Shown in pieces: positions 25,265 to 37,575 of a DNA stretch of 64,000 nt; position 1 is the first letter of the stretch; each line of letters starts with the position of its first letter. The stretch is from Eledone cirrhosa (taxonomy: Eukaryota). The stretch lies in the NCBI GenBank assembly GCA_964016885.1, contig OZ024743.1, forward strand, positions 333,746,001-333,810,000, given 5' to 3'. A program made the position numbers and the translations under genes. A model generated the notes under the pieces. The model had not been told where the DNA came from. It worked only from the letters and a program-made list of their open reading frames with translations, and ran no database searches.

Positions 25265-28200
25265 TCCTCCACTACATATCTTGTGTACCCATAGCTTGTA
25301 TTTGGGACTTAGGATGGAATTTTTACCTACTCCTTATCTGAACATTGAGCAAGGCCATTTCTCTGAGGGAATCTGGGCTCTGTTTTCCTTTCTACTGTGG
25401 TCTTTGTCAAGTTGACTTTAGGATCTTTTGATTCTAGCTCATGCTTCTAGGTTAGGAATTTCTTCTTTAATTCTGCTATGGATTCAACTATAAGGATTAG
25501 GTTATCTGCATAAATAAGTTCCCACAGGCAGTCAGTTTGTTATAGCCTGCAGGAGGATAATAAACAGGAGAGGGCTAAGAACAGAGTCCTGATTGACTCT
25601 TACTTGCACACTAAATTCTTCGCTGTAGTCATTGTTAATACTAACCTTGCTAACTTCTTCTCTATACATGGCATGCACTACTTTCACAAACCACTCATAT
25701 ACCCCCTAGTTTTCTAAGAGCCCACCAGATTATGGAATGGAAGACTCTGCCAAAAGCTTTCTCCAGGTCAACAAATGCCAAGTGGAGAGGCTTACTTTTA
25801 GCTAGATACTCCTCCTGTTGTTGCCTTACAAGGAAGAGGACATCAGTGGTTCTTTTAGCTGCTACAAATCCAAATTGCATCTCATCTAGGTTTACACATT
25901 CCATGTAGTGCACCTGAGCATTGTATACAATAATTTTCATTATTTCATAATCAACTGTGTTATAACTCTTTTTATGACCTTCATAACTTAGTCAACCAGC
26001 TGTTACACCAGTCATTGGGCATGACCATTTTGTATTACTTGGTTTACAATATGGGTGGTTAATGTGTGACCCACTATCCCAGATATTTTCAACATCTTGT
26101 CAACTATCTTCAATGGTTCAGCTGCTTTCCCCATCTTCATATCCTTAATTACTATGCTGCTGCTGTTGTGTACTGCTAGACCCTATGCTGGGTCCACAAT
26201 GGATACACTATATTCTTCCCATGCATTTTCCTCATTCAGTAATCTTTCATAATGGCACTGCCATGCTACTTTCTTTTCAGTGTTGGTGAGGGCAAGTGCA
26301 CATTATCATCATGAACACACTTATCCCCAACAACATCACAATTTCCCTGATACATTGCCTCACAATCCTCAATACCTCACATCACAAAACATGCGTAAAC
26401 TTTCTATTTTCTGCTTCCTTCCTTGCAAAGTATACTTGTTGCCTAGCTTCTAGCTTCCTGGTTGTGTACTCTGCTCTCCCATTCTGCCATTCTTTCCATG
26501 TCTATCTCTTGGTCTTAATTATCTTACCCACGCTACTATTCCACCACCAACTCACTCTAGAGACCTGCTCCAGCCACAGATCTCATTTGTTGCCTTCAGC
26601 AAATTTTCTTTCAGGAATTCTCACTGCTCTTCTATATATCTTTATTTGTTCTTTCTTACTGTCATAAACATCAAGCAAAAGACTTCTTAATTTGTTACTG
26701 GTTGAGGTCTCCATCAACTTTCATATTCTCCTCCTGTGCTAATAATAAATATTAGCTCTATGGGTTTATATATATACTTTTATATATACAACCCTTATTG
26801 AGTCGTCTCTAGATTTTGGTCTTTGTCATCATCATCATCACTGTTTTATGTCCATTCTTCCACGCTAGCATGGGTTAGATGGGTTGTCCTGTTGTGGGCA
26901 GTGTCCAGTCAGCTGACCTTGTCTTGCTCATATGGGAACTGATTTTGGCTTGATTTCTACAGCTGGATACCCTTCCTGACACCAACCTCATTGACAGTGA
27001 GTGCTGGGTGCTTTTTTTCCATGGCGCCTACACGACCACTTTACAGTGTGGGCTGGGTGCTTTTTTGCTGTGGCACCTCCACGACCACTTTGCAGTGGGA
27101 AGAGTGGGGGCATATTGTCTATATGCTTCAGCTTTGGTTTGTACGCGTGGGAAGTCGGGTCTTCTGTATTACTGCGTGACACCAGAGGTCACGGTACTGT
27201 GTCAACGCCTTTGAGAGGTGCAATTGGGTAAGGTCAGCTTTTATCACCTCATCCCAGATCTTCTTGGGTCTCCCCATTCCACAGCTTCCATTGACTTCTA
27301 GTGTTCTGCACCTTTTTATGCTGCTGTCATCCTTCATATGCATCACATGTCCTTACCAATGTAACCTCCTCTCCTGCACACAGCATTTGATTCCTCTTAT
27401 GCTCAGTCTCTCTCTCAATTTGTTTATGTTTTGCCGTTCGCGTATATTACTATTACACATCCATCGGAGCATGCAAGCTTCGTTTCTTTCTAATCTATGT
27501 AAGTCTTCTACAGGCAGCGCCCAGGTCTCATAACCATGTAACATTGCTGTTTGTATGCATGCATCATACATTCTGCCTTTCATTTTGAGGGAAAAGCCTT
27601 TTGCAGCTAGCAGTGGCAGTAGCTCCCTGAACTTCTTCCACCCCGTTCTTACCCTGGTTACTGTACTTTCTGAACACCCACCTCTGCTGCTAATTTGATC
27701 AGCTAGATAGCAAAAGCTGTCTACTGTTTCTACAGAGCTCTCCCAGAGTTTGGTGATGCTTGTTTCCTGTAGTTGTGTGCTGCTTGCTGTCCCAGCACAG
27801 CTGCTACATGTAAAGCCTACATTCTTAGCTAAGCTTCCTGAGATCCCACTACGTCTCTTGTGTACCCACTGTTTGCATTTGGGGCAGAGGATGGAGTTCC
27901 TACCTACACCTTTCCTACATACTGAGCAAGGCCATTTCTCTGAGTGGATCTAGGTTCTGTTTTCTCATCTACTTACGAGAACCTTAATCTTTGTCAGTTT
28001 GACTTTGAGACCCTTTCTTTGAACAGGAGAGGGCTAAGAACAGAGCCCTGGTGGACACCAACCTGTATGCTATATTCCTTGCTATAATCATTGTTAACCC
28101 TAACTTTGCTGACTGCTTCCCTATACACGGCTTGTACAGCTTCCACAAGCCATTCATCTACTCCTAGTTTTCTAAGAGCCCACCAGATTACAGTATGGGG

Positions 28201-28518
28201 CACTCTGTCGAAGGCTTTTTCCAGATCAACAAATGCCAGGTAGAGTGGCTTACTTTTAGCTAGGTACTTTTCCTGTAACTGCCTCACAAGGAAGAGGGCA
28301 TCAGTGGTGCCCTTTTCTGGCACAAACCCAAATTGCATCTCGTCTAGTTTCACCCGGTCCCTAATCAACTGTGCTATAACTCTTTCTGTTACTTTCATGA
28401 CCTGGTCCATCAGCTGTATACCTCTATAGTTTCCTCTATCTAGTGCATCACCTTTACCCTTGTAGCAGTTGACAATGCTGCTGCTGCACCAATCCTTTGG
28501 TATGACACCCTCTAGTAT
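25265..28518 (-). mobile_element. Two nested/adjacent RTE-clade LINE fragments
   Basis: IPKDW..YKGKGD..NYRGIQL..MQFGFVP..TTDALF..FVDLEKAFDRV..GVHQGSVLSPLLF; C-terminal and 3' UTR parts at 26827-27990. Confidence 0.9.
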
Positions 28519-28874
28519 TACCTTTGCTTTACGATCTGAGTTCAAATCCCGCCGAGGTTGACTTTGCCTTTCATCCTTACGGGGTCGATAAAATAAAGTA
28601 CCAGTAATGTACTGGGTAATTGCTGGCCTTGTGCCAATAGTAGAAATAATTATTATTATTACACATGGGTGGTGGATTGGCAATATCAGTAGAGGGTCTG
28701 ACGCCATGCTTTGCAGCAAAGAGTTATGACCCTTTATGGTCTGAGTTCAAATCTCGCTGAGTTCAACTTTGCTTTTCATCCTTACGGGATCGATAAAATA
28801 AAGCACCAGCAATGCACTGGGATAATTGCTGGCTTTGTGCCAAAAGTAGAAAGAATTATTATAACACATGCACG

Positions 28875-28909
<35 letters not shown>

Positions 28910-28914
28910 CATCA

Positions 28915-29245
28915 TCAAAAATCATCATTTTGCGTCCGCTTTTGCCTGCTTGCAAGGGTGGGACAGGAACTGATTCTGGCTTGATTTCTACAGCTGGATG
29001 CCCTTCCTAACACCAACCTCATTTACAGTGTGGGCTGGGTGCTTTTTTGCCATGGCACCTCCACGACCACTTTGCAGTGGAATGATAGGGGCCTATCATC
29101 TCATTTCTACAGCTGAGTAAACTGGAGCAATGTGAAATAAAGTGTCTTGCTCAAGGAAACAACACATCACCTGGTCTGAGAATTGAACTCACAACCTTTC
29201 GATTGCAAGGCCAATGCTCTAACCACTAAGCCATGTGCCTCCATT
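28915..29245 (-). mobile_element. tRNA-head/CORE-like SINE with RTE-derived 3' tail
   Basis: A box TGGCTTAGTGG, B box GAGTTCAATTC, CCTTGAGCAAGACACTT core, then the RTE 3' UTR and (GAT)n. Near-identical copy at 34455-34780; related heads at 3428-3560, 9280-9390, 20260-20365 and 48690-48800. Confidence 0.8.
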
Positions 29246-29456
29246 ATATATATATATATATATATATAGCGAGGGAAAAGTGGTAAGGGACCAGGTGGAC
29301 CATAACGCACCAAAGTACTCAATACTTAGGGTAGTAGAGTGGGTAATAGGAGTAAGTAAGACCCCGACGGCTGAGCTCAAGCCGTTTCGACGGCTAATTC
29401 TGTACAGAATTAGCCATCGAAACGGCTTGAGCTCAGCCGTCGGGGTCTTACTTACT

Positions 29457-29549
<93 letters not shown>

Positions 29550-29765
29550 ACGTACATACATATATGTATGTCCACGTACATACATATATGTATACAGACG
29601 TACAGTAGTATGTATATATATACATACATGCACACATATATATATGTACGTATGGATTCACCGAACATTTATTATAATGCTCGGTGTGTTTGTAAACAAA
29701 CATCCCGTATTAAGCCGTAGTGTCCAGCAACCATCGTTGCTCGTTTGTTCAACACTGACAAAGGA

Positions 29766-29808
29766 ACGCTGTACTAGTTTCAAGCTTATTAGCTATCGTC
29801 AGCAACGT
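29766..29808 (-). ncRNA. Minimal type I hammerhead ribozyme, family C
   Basis: Minus strand: ACGTTG-CTGACGA-T-AGCT-AATA-AGCT-T-GAA-ACTAGT-A-CAGCGT; palindromic stem III, GUA cleavage triplet. Confidence 0.8.
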
Positions 29809-30127
29809 ATACCTTCCTGCTAGATTGTTGAACGTATATACTTACCTTATGCATATTAACGGCTGAGTAGCCCAATTTGCATATCGAGTGGGTTAATCGG
29901 CCGGGTGCACCGAAAAAGATAAATGGAAAAAATGAAACGAAATTTCATTTCCCACTCTTAGTACGGCTGTTACTTAAATATAAGTATGTCTACTAAGAGT
30001 GAGAAATGAAATTTCGTTTCATTTTTTCCGTTTATCGTTTTCGGTGTACCTGGCCGATTAACCCACTATACAGCCGTTAATATCCATAAGGTAAGTATAT
30101 ACGTTCAACAATCTGGCAGGAAGGTAT

Positions 30128-30170
30128 ACGTTGCTGACGATAGCTAATAAGCTTGAAACTAGTACAGCAT
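30128..30170 (+). ncRNA. Minimal type I hammerhead ribozyme, family C (inverted copy)
   Basis: ACGTTG-CTGACGA-TAGCTAATAAGCTT-GAA-ACTAGT-A-CAGCAT; mirror copy of 29766-29808. Confidence 0.78.
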
Positions 30171-30437
30171 TCCTTTGTCAGTGTTGAACAAACGAGCAAC
30201 GATGGTTGCTGGACACTACGGCTTAATACGGGATGTTTGTTTACAAACACACCGAGCATTATAATAAATGTTCGGTGAATCCATACGTACATATATATAT
30301 GTGTGCATGTATGCATATATATATATATACATACTACTGTACGTCTGTATACATATATGTTTGTACGTGTACATACTTATATTTAAGTAACAGCCATACT
30401 AAGAGTGGGAAATGAAATTTCGTTTCATTTTTTCCGT

Positions 30438-31175
30438 ATCATCATCATCATCAACGTTTAACGTCCGTGTTCCACGCTTGCATGGGTTTGGACGGGGGTT
30501 TTCCCACTTGAGGCAAGAGTGATTATCTTGCTCGCATAGGACTATCTGGCGGGTTTTCTACAGCTGGATGCCCTTCCTAACACGAACCACATTTACAGTG
30601 TGGGGCTGGGAGGTTTTTACCGTGTTGCCTACACGGCCACATTTCAGCGTGGACTGTCTGGCGGGTTTTCTACAGCTGGATGCCCTTCCTAACACCAACC
30701 ACATTTACAGTGTGGGGCTGGGAGGTTTTTACCGTGTTGCCTACACGGCCATATTACAGCGTGAACTGTGTGTTTTTTTGTCGTGACACCTACATGATCT
30801 CATTTGTTTCGGCCTGGATCTTGTGGCACCAACATAACTTTACATTGAAAGGGGCGGTGTGGATGGGGTGGGGGTGGTGGGACGGGGGTGTATTTTGTTA
30901 GAGATGCCTACTGACTGTAGTAGGTTTTACTTTGTATTTAGGTAAGGCGGATCTTCTCTATTACTGAGTACCGCCAAAGGTCTCGGTCCAGTGACATTGT
31001 CTTGGTGAGGTGTAAGTGTGTGAGGTCGGAATTTATCAGCTCGTCCCAGGTCTTTCTGGGTCTGCCTATTCCGTGGCTACCGTCTATCTTTATTGCCCTG
31101 CACTTTGTGACCATACCAACATAGCCTTCTCTTGAGTAAACAACATCTGATCCCTCTTATTTCTAATTTTTTCCT
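30438..31175 (-). mobile_element. RTE-clade LINE 3' end (sister of 15147-15810)
   Basis: Near-identical 3' UTR, with an internal tandem duplication of ~113 bp. Confidence 0.85.
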
Positions 31176-31205
31176 TAGTTTGTTTATGCTTTGCATAATA
31201 TATAC

Positions 31206-31334
<129 letters not shown>

Positions 31335-31967
31335 CAATATATTTAGAAACACACAGATACATGCGGACACACACATATACATGAATGCATCCACATACAA
31401 CTGTGAGTTAATGTCTTTATGATGTATTGTTTTTGTTTATGCCACGAAACTACGTAGTCGAGGAATCTAGGAGCAGTTTAGGTATGATACATTTTATTAC
31501 TAATTATATCTAAATGTTTCTTCTCTCTTCATAATGTACTTTTAGCTCTGATACTGGTTCGGTCTCATTCAACCGGATTGGTCTGTCCCAGTCACTCATA
31601 GAGCAACATCGGTAAGGTTGGCACCATTAACTCACAGTTGTATGTGGATGCATTCATGTATATGTATGTGTCCGCATGTATCTGTGTGTTTCTAAATATA
31701 TTGTTCATAACTCCCTCTGGTCGAGTAATCTTTGAAGTGTGGTGACTGCTGGAAAGCTGCCATTACTCATACTTCTCGCCTCCTTTACCACCTCTTCTAC
31801 GGCTTCGATATAAATGCCCCCTCCGCCTCCGTGGTATTTTCTTCGGGGTTATAAGAGGCTTAGCTCTGTTTCTTGACCGTTGTATCACGTGACTATTTCC
31901 CCCTCCGCCTTTTGGGATTCTTTCTCACATCATATAGACGCGTTCTTGAAGCTAGTAAAACGAGGTA

Positions 31968-32057
31968 TCCTCTTGATAAGTCGGCAGACCTCGCAAAAGC
32001 TCTATATCTTTATGATGTATTGTTTTTGTTTATGCCACGAAACTACGTAGTCGAGGA
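31968..32057 (+). ncRNA. Type I hammerhead with U3-A8 core and long stem II, family D
   Basis: TCCTC-TTGATAA-G[long imperfect hairpin: GT/AC, GGCA/TGCC, GCAAAAGC/GTTTTTGT, ATATC/GATGT]C-GAA-ACTACGTAGT-C-GAGGA; GUC triplet, perfect 5-bp stem I. Confidence 0.7.
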
Positions 32058-32126
32058 ATCTAGGAGCAGTTTAGGTATGATACATTTTATTACTAATTAT
32101 ATCTAAATGTTTCTTCTCTCTTCATA

Positions 32127-32161
<35 letters not shown>

Positions 32162-32347
32162 TATATTTTTTTCCAGTGACAGCCATCTGTGGCTGTGACC
32201 TCTTCAGGCAGTCCGAATTAGTGTGGTAGTGACAAGTACATATGTTGTTGAGGTGTATAATTTTGTCAATACTCTGATATGTCCAGTCCCTGGCTGGGTT
32301 GTTATTTCTCTGAGGAATATGTACTTGTCTCTACCACACTAATTCGG

Positions 32348-32402
32348 ACTGCCTGAAGAGGTCACAGCCACAGATGGCTGTCACTGAAATATATATAGCA
32401 GT
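32348..32402 (+). ncRNA. Minimal type I hammerhead ribozyme, family E
   Basis: ACTGC-CTGAAGA-GGTCACAGCCA-CAGA-TGGCTGTCACT-GAA-ATATATAT-A-GCAGT; a partial inverted copy lies at ~32173-32240. Confidence 0.8.
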
Positions 32403-32545
32403 AATAAATGAAGCTAAATTTTAAACATTTGACTTTTTATTTAACTTTATTTTACATTACTCCGGAGTAACCAAACCAACCTGCGCACTTCGTCGAGTGC
32501 TCCAGCCTGCATACTGAGGTGTTGGTATACAACCAACATATACTC

Positions 32546-32614
<69 letters not shown>

Positions 32615-32639
32615 ACTACACACATATACATATACACAC

Positions 32640-34400
32640 CATCATCATCATTGTCGTTTTTATGTTTGTTTTCCCTCACTTACATTGGACGGGTCTTTCT
32701 CAGCATCTCGTCTCCCCACTGGCCACATTTCTTTGTCATCTCCTCTGTGAGTCTCAGCGATTTAAGGTCAGCTCTCACCACTTCTACTCAGATATTTCTC
32801 AGTATACTTCTACTGCAGCTTCCTTCCACTGGGATCTCCTGGCAGTTCTTCACTCTGTGATCATTGTCCATGTGCATCATATGTCCAATACTAACACAGT
32901 CTTCTCTCCTGCACACCACCTCGGATTCCTCTTAAATCCAGCTTCTCCCTCAGTTCATCCAAGCTCTGCCTTTCTCTCACATTTACATTACACATCCAAC
33001 AAAGTATGGCTGCTTTATGTCTCTCCAGTCTACGTATGTCCTCTGCAGTCACATGCAGCATCACACTTTGCACACAGGCATCATACAGCGGTTCTTTTAT
33101 ATGTAGGGCGAAAACTTTTGATGTCAACAGTGGGAGTAGTTCTCTAAACTTCTTCCATCCTGCCATTATTCTAGCTATTATACTCTTAGAGCACCCTCCT
33201 CCACTACTAATTAAGTCACATAGATAGCAGAAGCTGTCAACCACGTCTATGGATCCTTCATGTGACTGGAAAAGATTTATATCACTGATGCTCCTCAATT
33301 GCCCCTATGCATCTTCTACATACAAAGTCTTCCCTTCCTGTGAGTTTACGCATGATACCACTACATCTCTTGTGTACCTAAGATTTACATTGTGTACATT
33401 GTATGGACTTTATGCTTACTCCCTTTCTACATACTGAACATGGCCACTTCCCTGAAGGAATCAAGTTCCTAACTTTTTCCCTATTTACTAGCACTTTAGT
33501 TTTGGCTAAGTTTACTCTCAGACCTTTTGATTTCAAAGTCAGAACATATTTTCTAATTCTTTTATGGATTCGGCTAAAAGGACCAGATCATCTGCATAGA
33601 AAATTTCCTATAGGTAGCCAGTCTTAAACTCCTCTGTTACAGCCTGGAGAACTGTAATGAACAACAGTGGGCTAAGAGCCAAACCTGTACTTTGAATTGC
33701 TCACTAAACTCACTTCCTACTCTCACTTTACTGACAGTTCCTCTGTACATGACTTGCACTGTTCTCACAAACCATTCTTCTACACATAATTTTCCTAAGG
33801 AGCATCAGATAATAGATAGAGGTACTCTGTCAAAGGCTTTTTCCAAATCAACGAAAGCTAAATTTAGTGGCGTATTTTTAGTTGGGAATTTCTCTTGTAG
33901 TTGTCTTATTAAAAAGAGGGCATCTGTAGTACAGGCATGAAACCAAACTATATCTTATCTTAGTTGTGCTATAACGTTTTCTGTCACTTTCATAACTTGA
34001 TCCATTAGTTTTACTCCTAAGTTGCTCCTTTCTAGAACATCACCTTTTCCCCTGTAGCAATTTACAATTGTACTACTGTGCCAGTCATTGGGTGTGACTC
34101 CGTCCTGTATTACCTGATTGATTATGCAGGTCACTAGTTTCACTCTAATACTTCTAGTATCTTAGCAATCTTCTCCCAATATTTTTAGTATCTTAGCAAC
34201 TATCTCTGACAGTTGTGCTGCTTTACCATTTTTCATCTCTTTGATTGCTTCTTTTACCCTATAACTGTCGATTTTAATGGCTGGTCCTTCTGTTAGGTAA
34301 GTTGGGGAAGTTTCCCTTCCTTTCATTCTTACCCTACATTTATCTATCTCTCATAGTAACATTTCCAGGCCTCTTTCTTTTGAGCATCAGTGGTGCTTAA
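32640..34400 (-). mobile_element. RTE-clade LINE, decayed
   Basis: VTPNDWHSSTIVNCYRGKGD; FVDLEKAFDRV; DSFCYLCDLISSGGGC..AGWKKFRELLPLL. Confidence 0.85.
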
Positions 34401-35458
34401 ATGCATCAGTGTTATTTCTAATATATATATATTCATTCATTCATTCATTCATTTCATTTTACGTCCACTTTTCCCTGCTTGCAAGGGTGGGACGGGAACT
34501 GATTCTGGCTTGATTTCTACAGCTGGATGCCCTTCCTAACACCAACCTCATTTACAGTGAAGGCTGGGTGCTTTTTTTCCGTGGCACCTCCACGACCACT
34601 TTGCAGTGGAATGATAGGGACCCCAGTCCCTATCATCTCATTTCTACAGCTGAGTAAACTGGAGCAATGTGAAATAAAGTGTCTTGCTCAAGGAAACAAC
34701 ACATCACCTGATCTGAGAATTGAACTCACAACCTTTCGATTGCAAGGCTAATGCTCTAACCACTAAGCCATGTGCCTCCATATATAATATAATTGCACAT
34801 CTCAAAGGCGATGACATAGGACCTAAATCTCTGGCATTATGCGGTATTACAGAAGACCTGACTTGGCACAAGCCGAAGCTGAAGCAAATATACAGTATGC
34901 ACCACCCCATCCCACCCTCCCATACATCTCTCATGAGGACAGGCCAAAATACTGTAAAGTGGTCGTGATGGTGTCAAGAGAAAAGGCACCCAGTCCACAC
35001 CGTAAAGTGGTCGTGTAGGTATCACGACAAAAAGCACCCAGTATTCACTGTAAATGAGGTTAGCGTTAGGAAGGCCATCCAGCTGTAGAAACCAAGCACA
35101 AATCAGTTCTGTATGAGCAAGACTTGATCACTTGACCTAACATTGCCCACAAGAGAACAACTTGTCTAACCCATGCCAGCATGGAAAAATGGACGTAAAA
35201 CGATGATGATGATGATGATGAATATGAGAAAAGCCTAAAATAAAACTATTTAAGTCATATTACATATTAGACTTAAAACTATTATTTGTAGAGCTTCACT
35301 TTTCCAAAATTATATTTAGCTGTAAAAATTTACAGTATATTAAAAGTAATCATTGCAATCAAAATATAATTTCACCTACAAATTCATGCTTTTACTGTCG
35401 TTTCATTCCATATATATATATATATGTGTATATATATATTTATTAAAATAACAGATTA

Positions 35459-35511
35459 AAGTTTAAGCAAAGAATCGCTGCTTTCACCCTTAACGGGATC
35501 TTCTGAAACTT
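35459..35511 (-). ncRNA. Hammerhead-like motif with U4>A core change, family F
   Basis: Minus strand: AAGTTT-CAGAAGA-TCCC-GTTAA-GGGT-GAA-AGCA-GCGATTCTT-TGCT-T-AAACTT, inside the 35440-35580 palindrome; a fragment also occurs at 22444-22505. Confidence 0.55.
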
Positions 35512-35666
35512 AGAAGATCCCGTTAAGGGTGAAAGCAGCGATTCTTTGCTTAAACTTTAATCTGTTATTTTAATAAATATTTGCTCTACGGTTCTTATAT
35601 ATTTGATATATATTTATCCTTATCGAGCCCCCTTTGAATTTTAGTCTTCAAATTTATTATTATTAC

Positions 35667-35744
<78 letters not shown>

Positions 35745-35775
35745 TATATATATATATATATATTTATAATTAATT

Positions 35776-36215
35776 CCAGATATGGAAGCAGAACTTAGAA
35801 TCAAAAGAGCTGAGAGTTAATTTAGCAAACTCCAAAGTGTTAATAAGGAGAAAAGAAGATAGGGCCCTGATCTTCTCAGGGGAGTGGCCTTGCTCAATAT
35901 GTAAAGAAGGAGCCAGCATAAACTCTATATGATGTACACAATACAATCTTGGGTACACAAAGTGCAGTGGGATAACAGGTAAACTAACAGGAAGAGAAGA
36001 CTTTGTATGTAGTAGATGTTCAGAGTCAATTGATTGTAATATTGCCAATAATATAAACCTTTTCCAATCACATGAAGGATCCATAGAAGTGGTTGATAGC
36101 TTCTGCTACCTAAGGGATATAAGTAACAGTGGAGGAAGGTGCTCTGAGAGAATAATAGCTAGAATAAGGATAGGATGGAAAAAGTTTAGTTAACTACCAT
36201 GTCTGTTGACAACAA
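35776..36215 (+). mobile_element. RTE-clade LINE fragment
   Basis: LRVNLANSKV..WPCSICK..WVHKCSG..DSFCYL remnants. Confidence 0.75.
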
Positions 36216-36339
36216 AAGGTTTTTCCCTCCACTCAGTTTAGATGAGTTCCATATTTCAGGAGACTGGCTTGATGCTCTGCCTGTGGCCAACAATAGAGGT
36301 CTACTCAGTTCGAATGAGTTCCATATTTCCAGAGTTAGA

Positions 36340-36895
36340 GTTGATGCTTGTGAGAAATTAAAATGTCATTGTGGCAGGCCCCTTGATTACACAAGTCTTC
36401 ATGGATTGTCTTGTTGTCTGAATGCAGGTTATTTTACTCACCATATCAAGCTAAACCTAATTATCAAGTGAACTCTGGCTCAAGTTAATATTCCTTCAAT
36501 TCTGGAGCCAGTTGGATTGTCCATGATTGATGGAAAGAAGCCAAATGATCTTACCCTTTGTCCCTGGGTAAAAGGTAGATGTTTCATTTGTGATACCAAA
36601 CTCTTTTATTCCTTTCCACATCCTGGATACTGCAGTGATGACGAGGGTCACTCCATCCATATCCAAAGAGAATAACATTTTAAAATACCTGGAATTATCA
36701 GCAAATATTTTTCTTCTCAGCCTGTGACATTTGAGGTGTTTGGAGGAACTGGGTCACTGACACCGAGGTTCTTGTCATTGTTGGCTGCTCACTTTATTCT
36801 CATATCAGTTGATACCTGTGAGGGTGCTTGGTTATTCCAGCAACATAGCCTAGCTATCACTCACAACAGTGCTGCAAATGTGTTGGCATGACTAA
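36340..36895 (+). mobile_element. CRE-clade RLE fragment (decayed)
   Basis: KCHCGRPLD..LHGLSCCLNAG..H; LEPVGL..DGKKP; VTFEVFGG; WLFQQHSL. Confidence 0.65.
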
Positions 36896-37269
36896 AAAAT
36901 TATTACAGGTTAACTCTAGCACTCTTTGTTGATCGAATTTGTGGGTCTTCTCTCCCTCTTTCTTTTTCTTCATTTGAGAATCAGCATTTTTTCTCTTATT
37001 ATGTAAATTGACAAAAATGTATCTCGTAATTTGTACACATATGTCCAATGATTATCTAATTAAAACAATTGGCAGTTTTAAAATAACTTTAAATAAACTA
37101 ACATTTGAGGAAATTAATTATGGCTGGCATTGGTAAATATTGAGACAACCTGTTCAAAAGTGGAATAAATTGTTTTGCCATGAAGAAAAGGAAAAATGTG
37201 TGACAAGACTCTTTGTTGGAGAGCAGCTCACTTCTCACAGATTCTGTATCACATGACCCACAAAACTAG

Positions 37270-37575
37270 GAGTAGTTTTAAGTGGAGCACTAGATTAGCA
37301 GCTAGGTCTTACCCATGTACAGTTGACATTCTTAAATGTAATCAGAAATTCTATTCTGATAGTTGCTTCCCTTGCACTTCTTGCCTATGGAATTCTCTTC
37401 CAGCTTCTTGCTTTCCTGACCACTAACTACAATTTGCAAAAATTCAAAAGCAACATCAATTGTCATCACCTCTCTCTTTGAATTATGTTCTCTCTGTCTT
37501 GTCATTCTCCCTACTCAGTAACCCCTTGCATTTCAGTGGCCTTATTGCCTTACTTGGGGTGAGCCCCCAAAAAGT
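37270..37575 (+). mobile_element. CR1/Jockey-group LINE 3' end
   Basis: FYSDSCFPCTSCLWNSLPASCFP..FKSNIN motif. Confidence 0.55.

Larger units (their letters stand above)
29550..30437. repeat. Large fold-back (inverted repeat) element carrying family C hammerheads
   Basis: 29571-29965 is mirrored by 29991-30370; 29991-30030 recurs directly at 30397-30437 (406-bp offset). Confidence 0.9.

Noticed and set aside
29170-29245. tRNA-like sequences (also at 3428, 34710, 48690)
   Set aside because: A and B boxes only, no complete cloverleaf, and they continue into SINE bodies.
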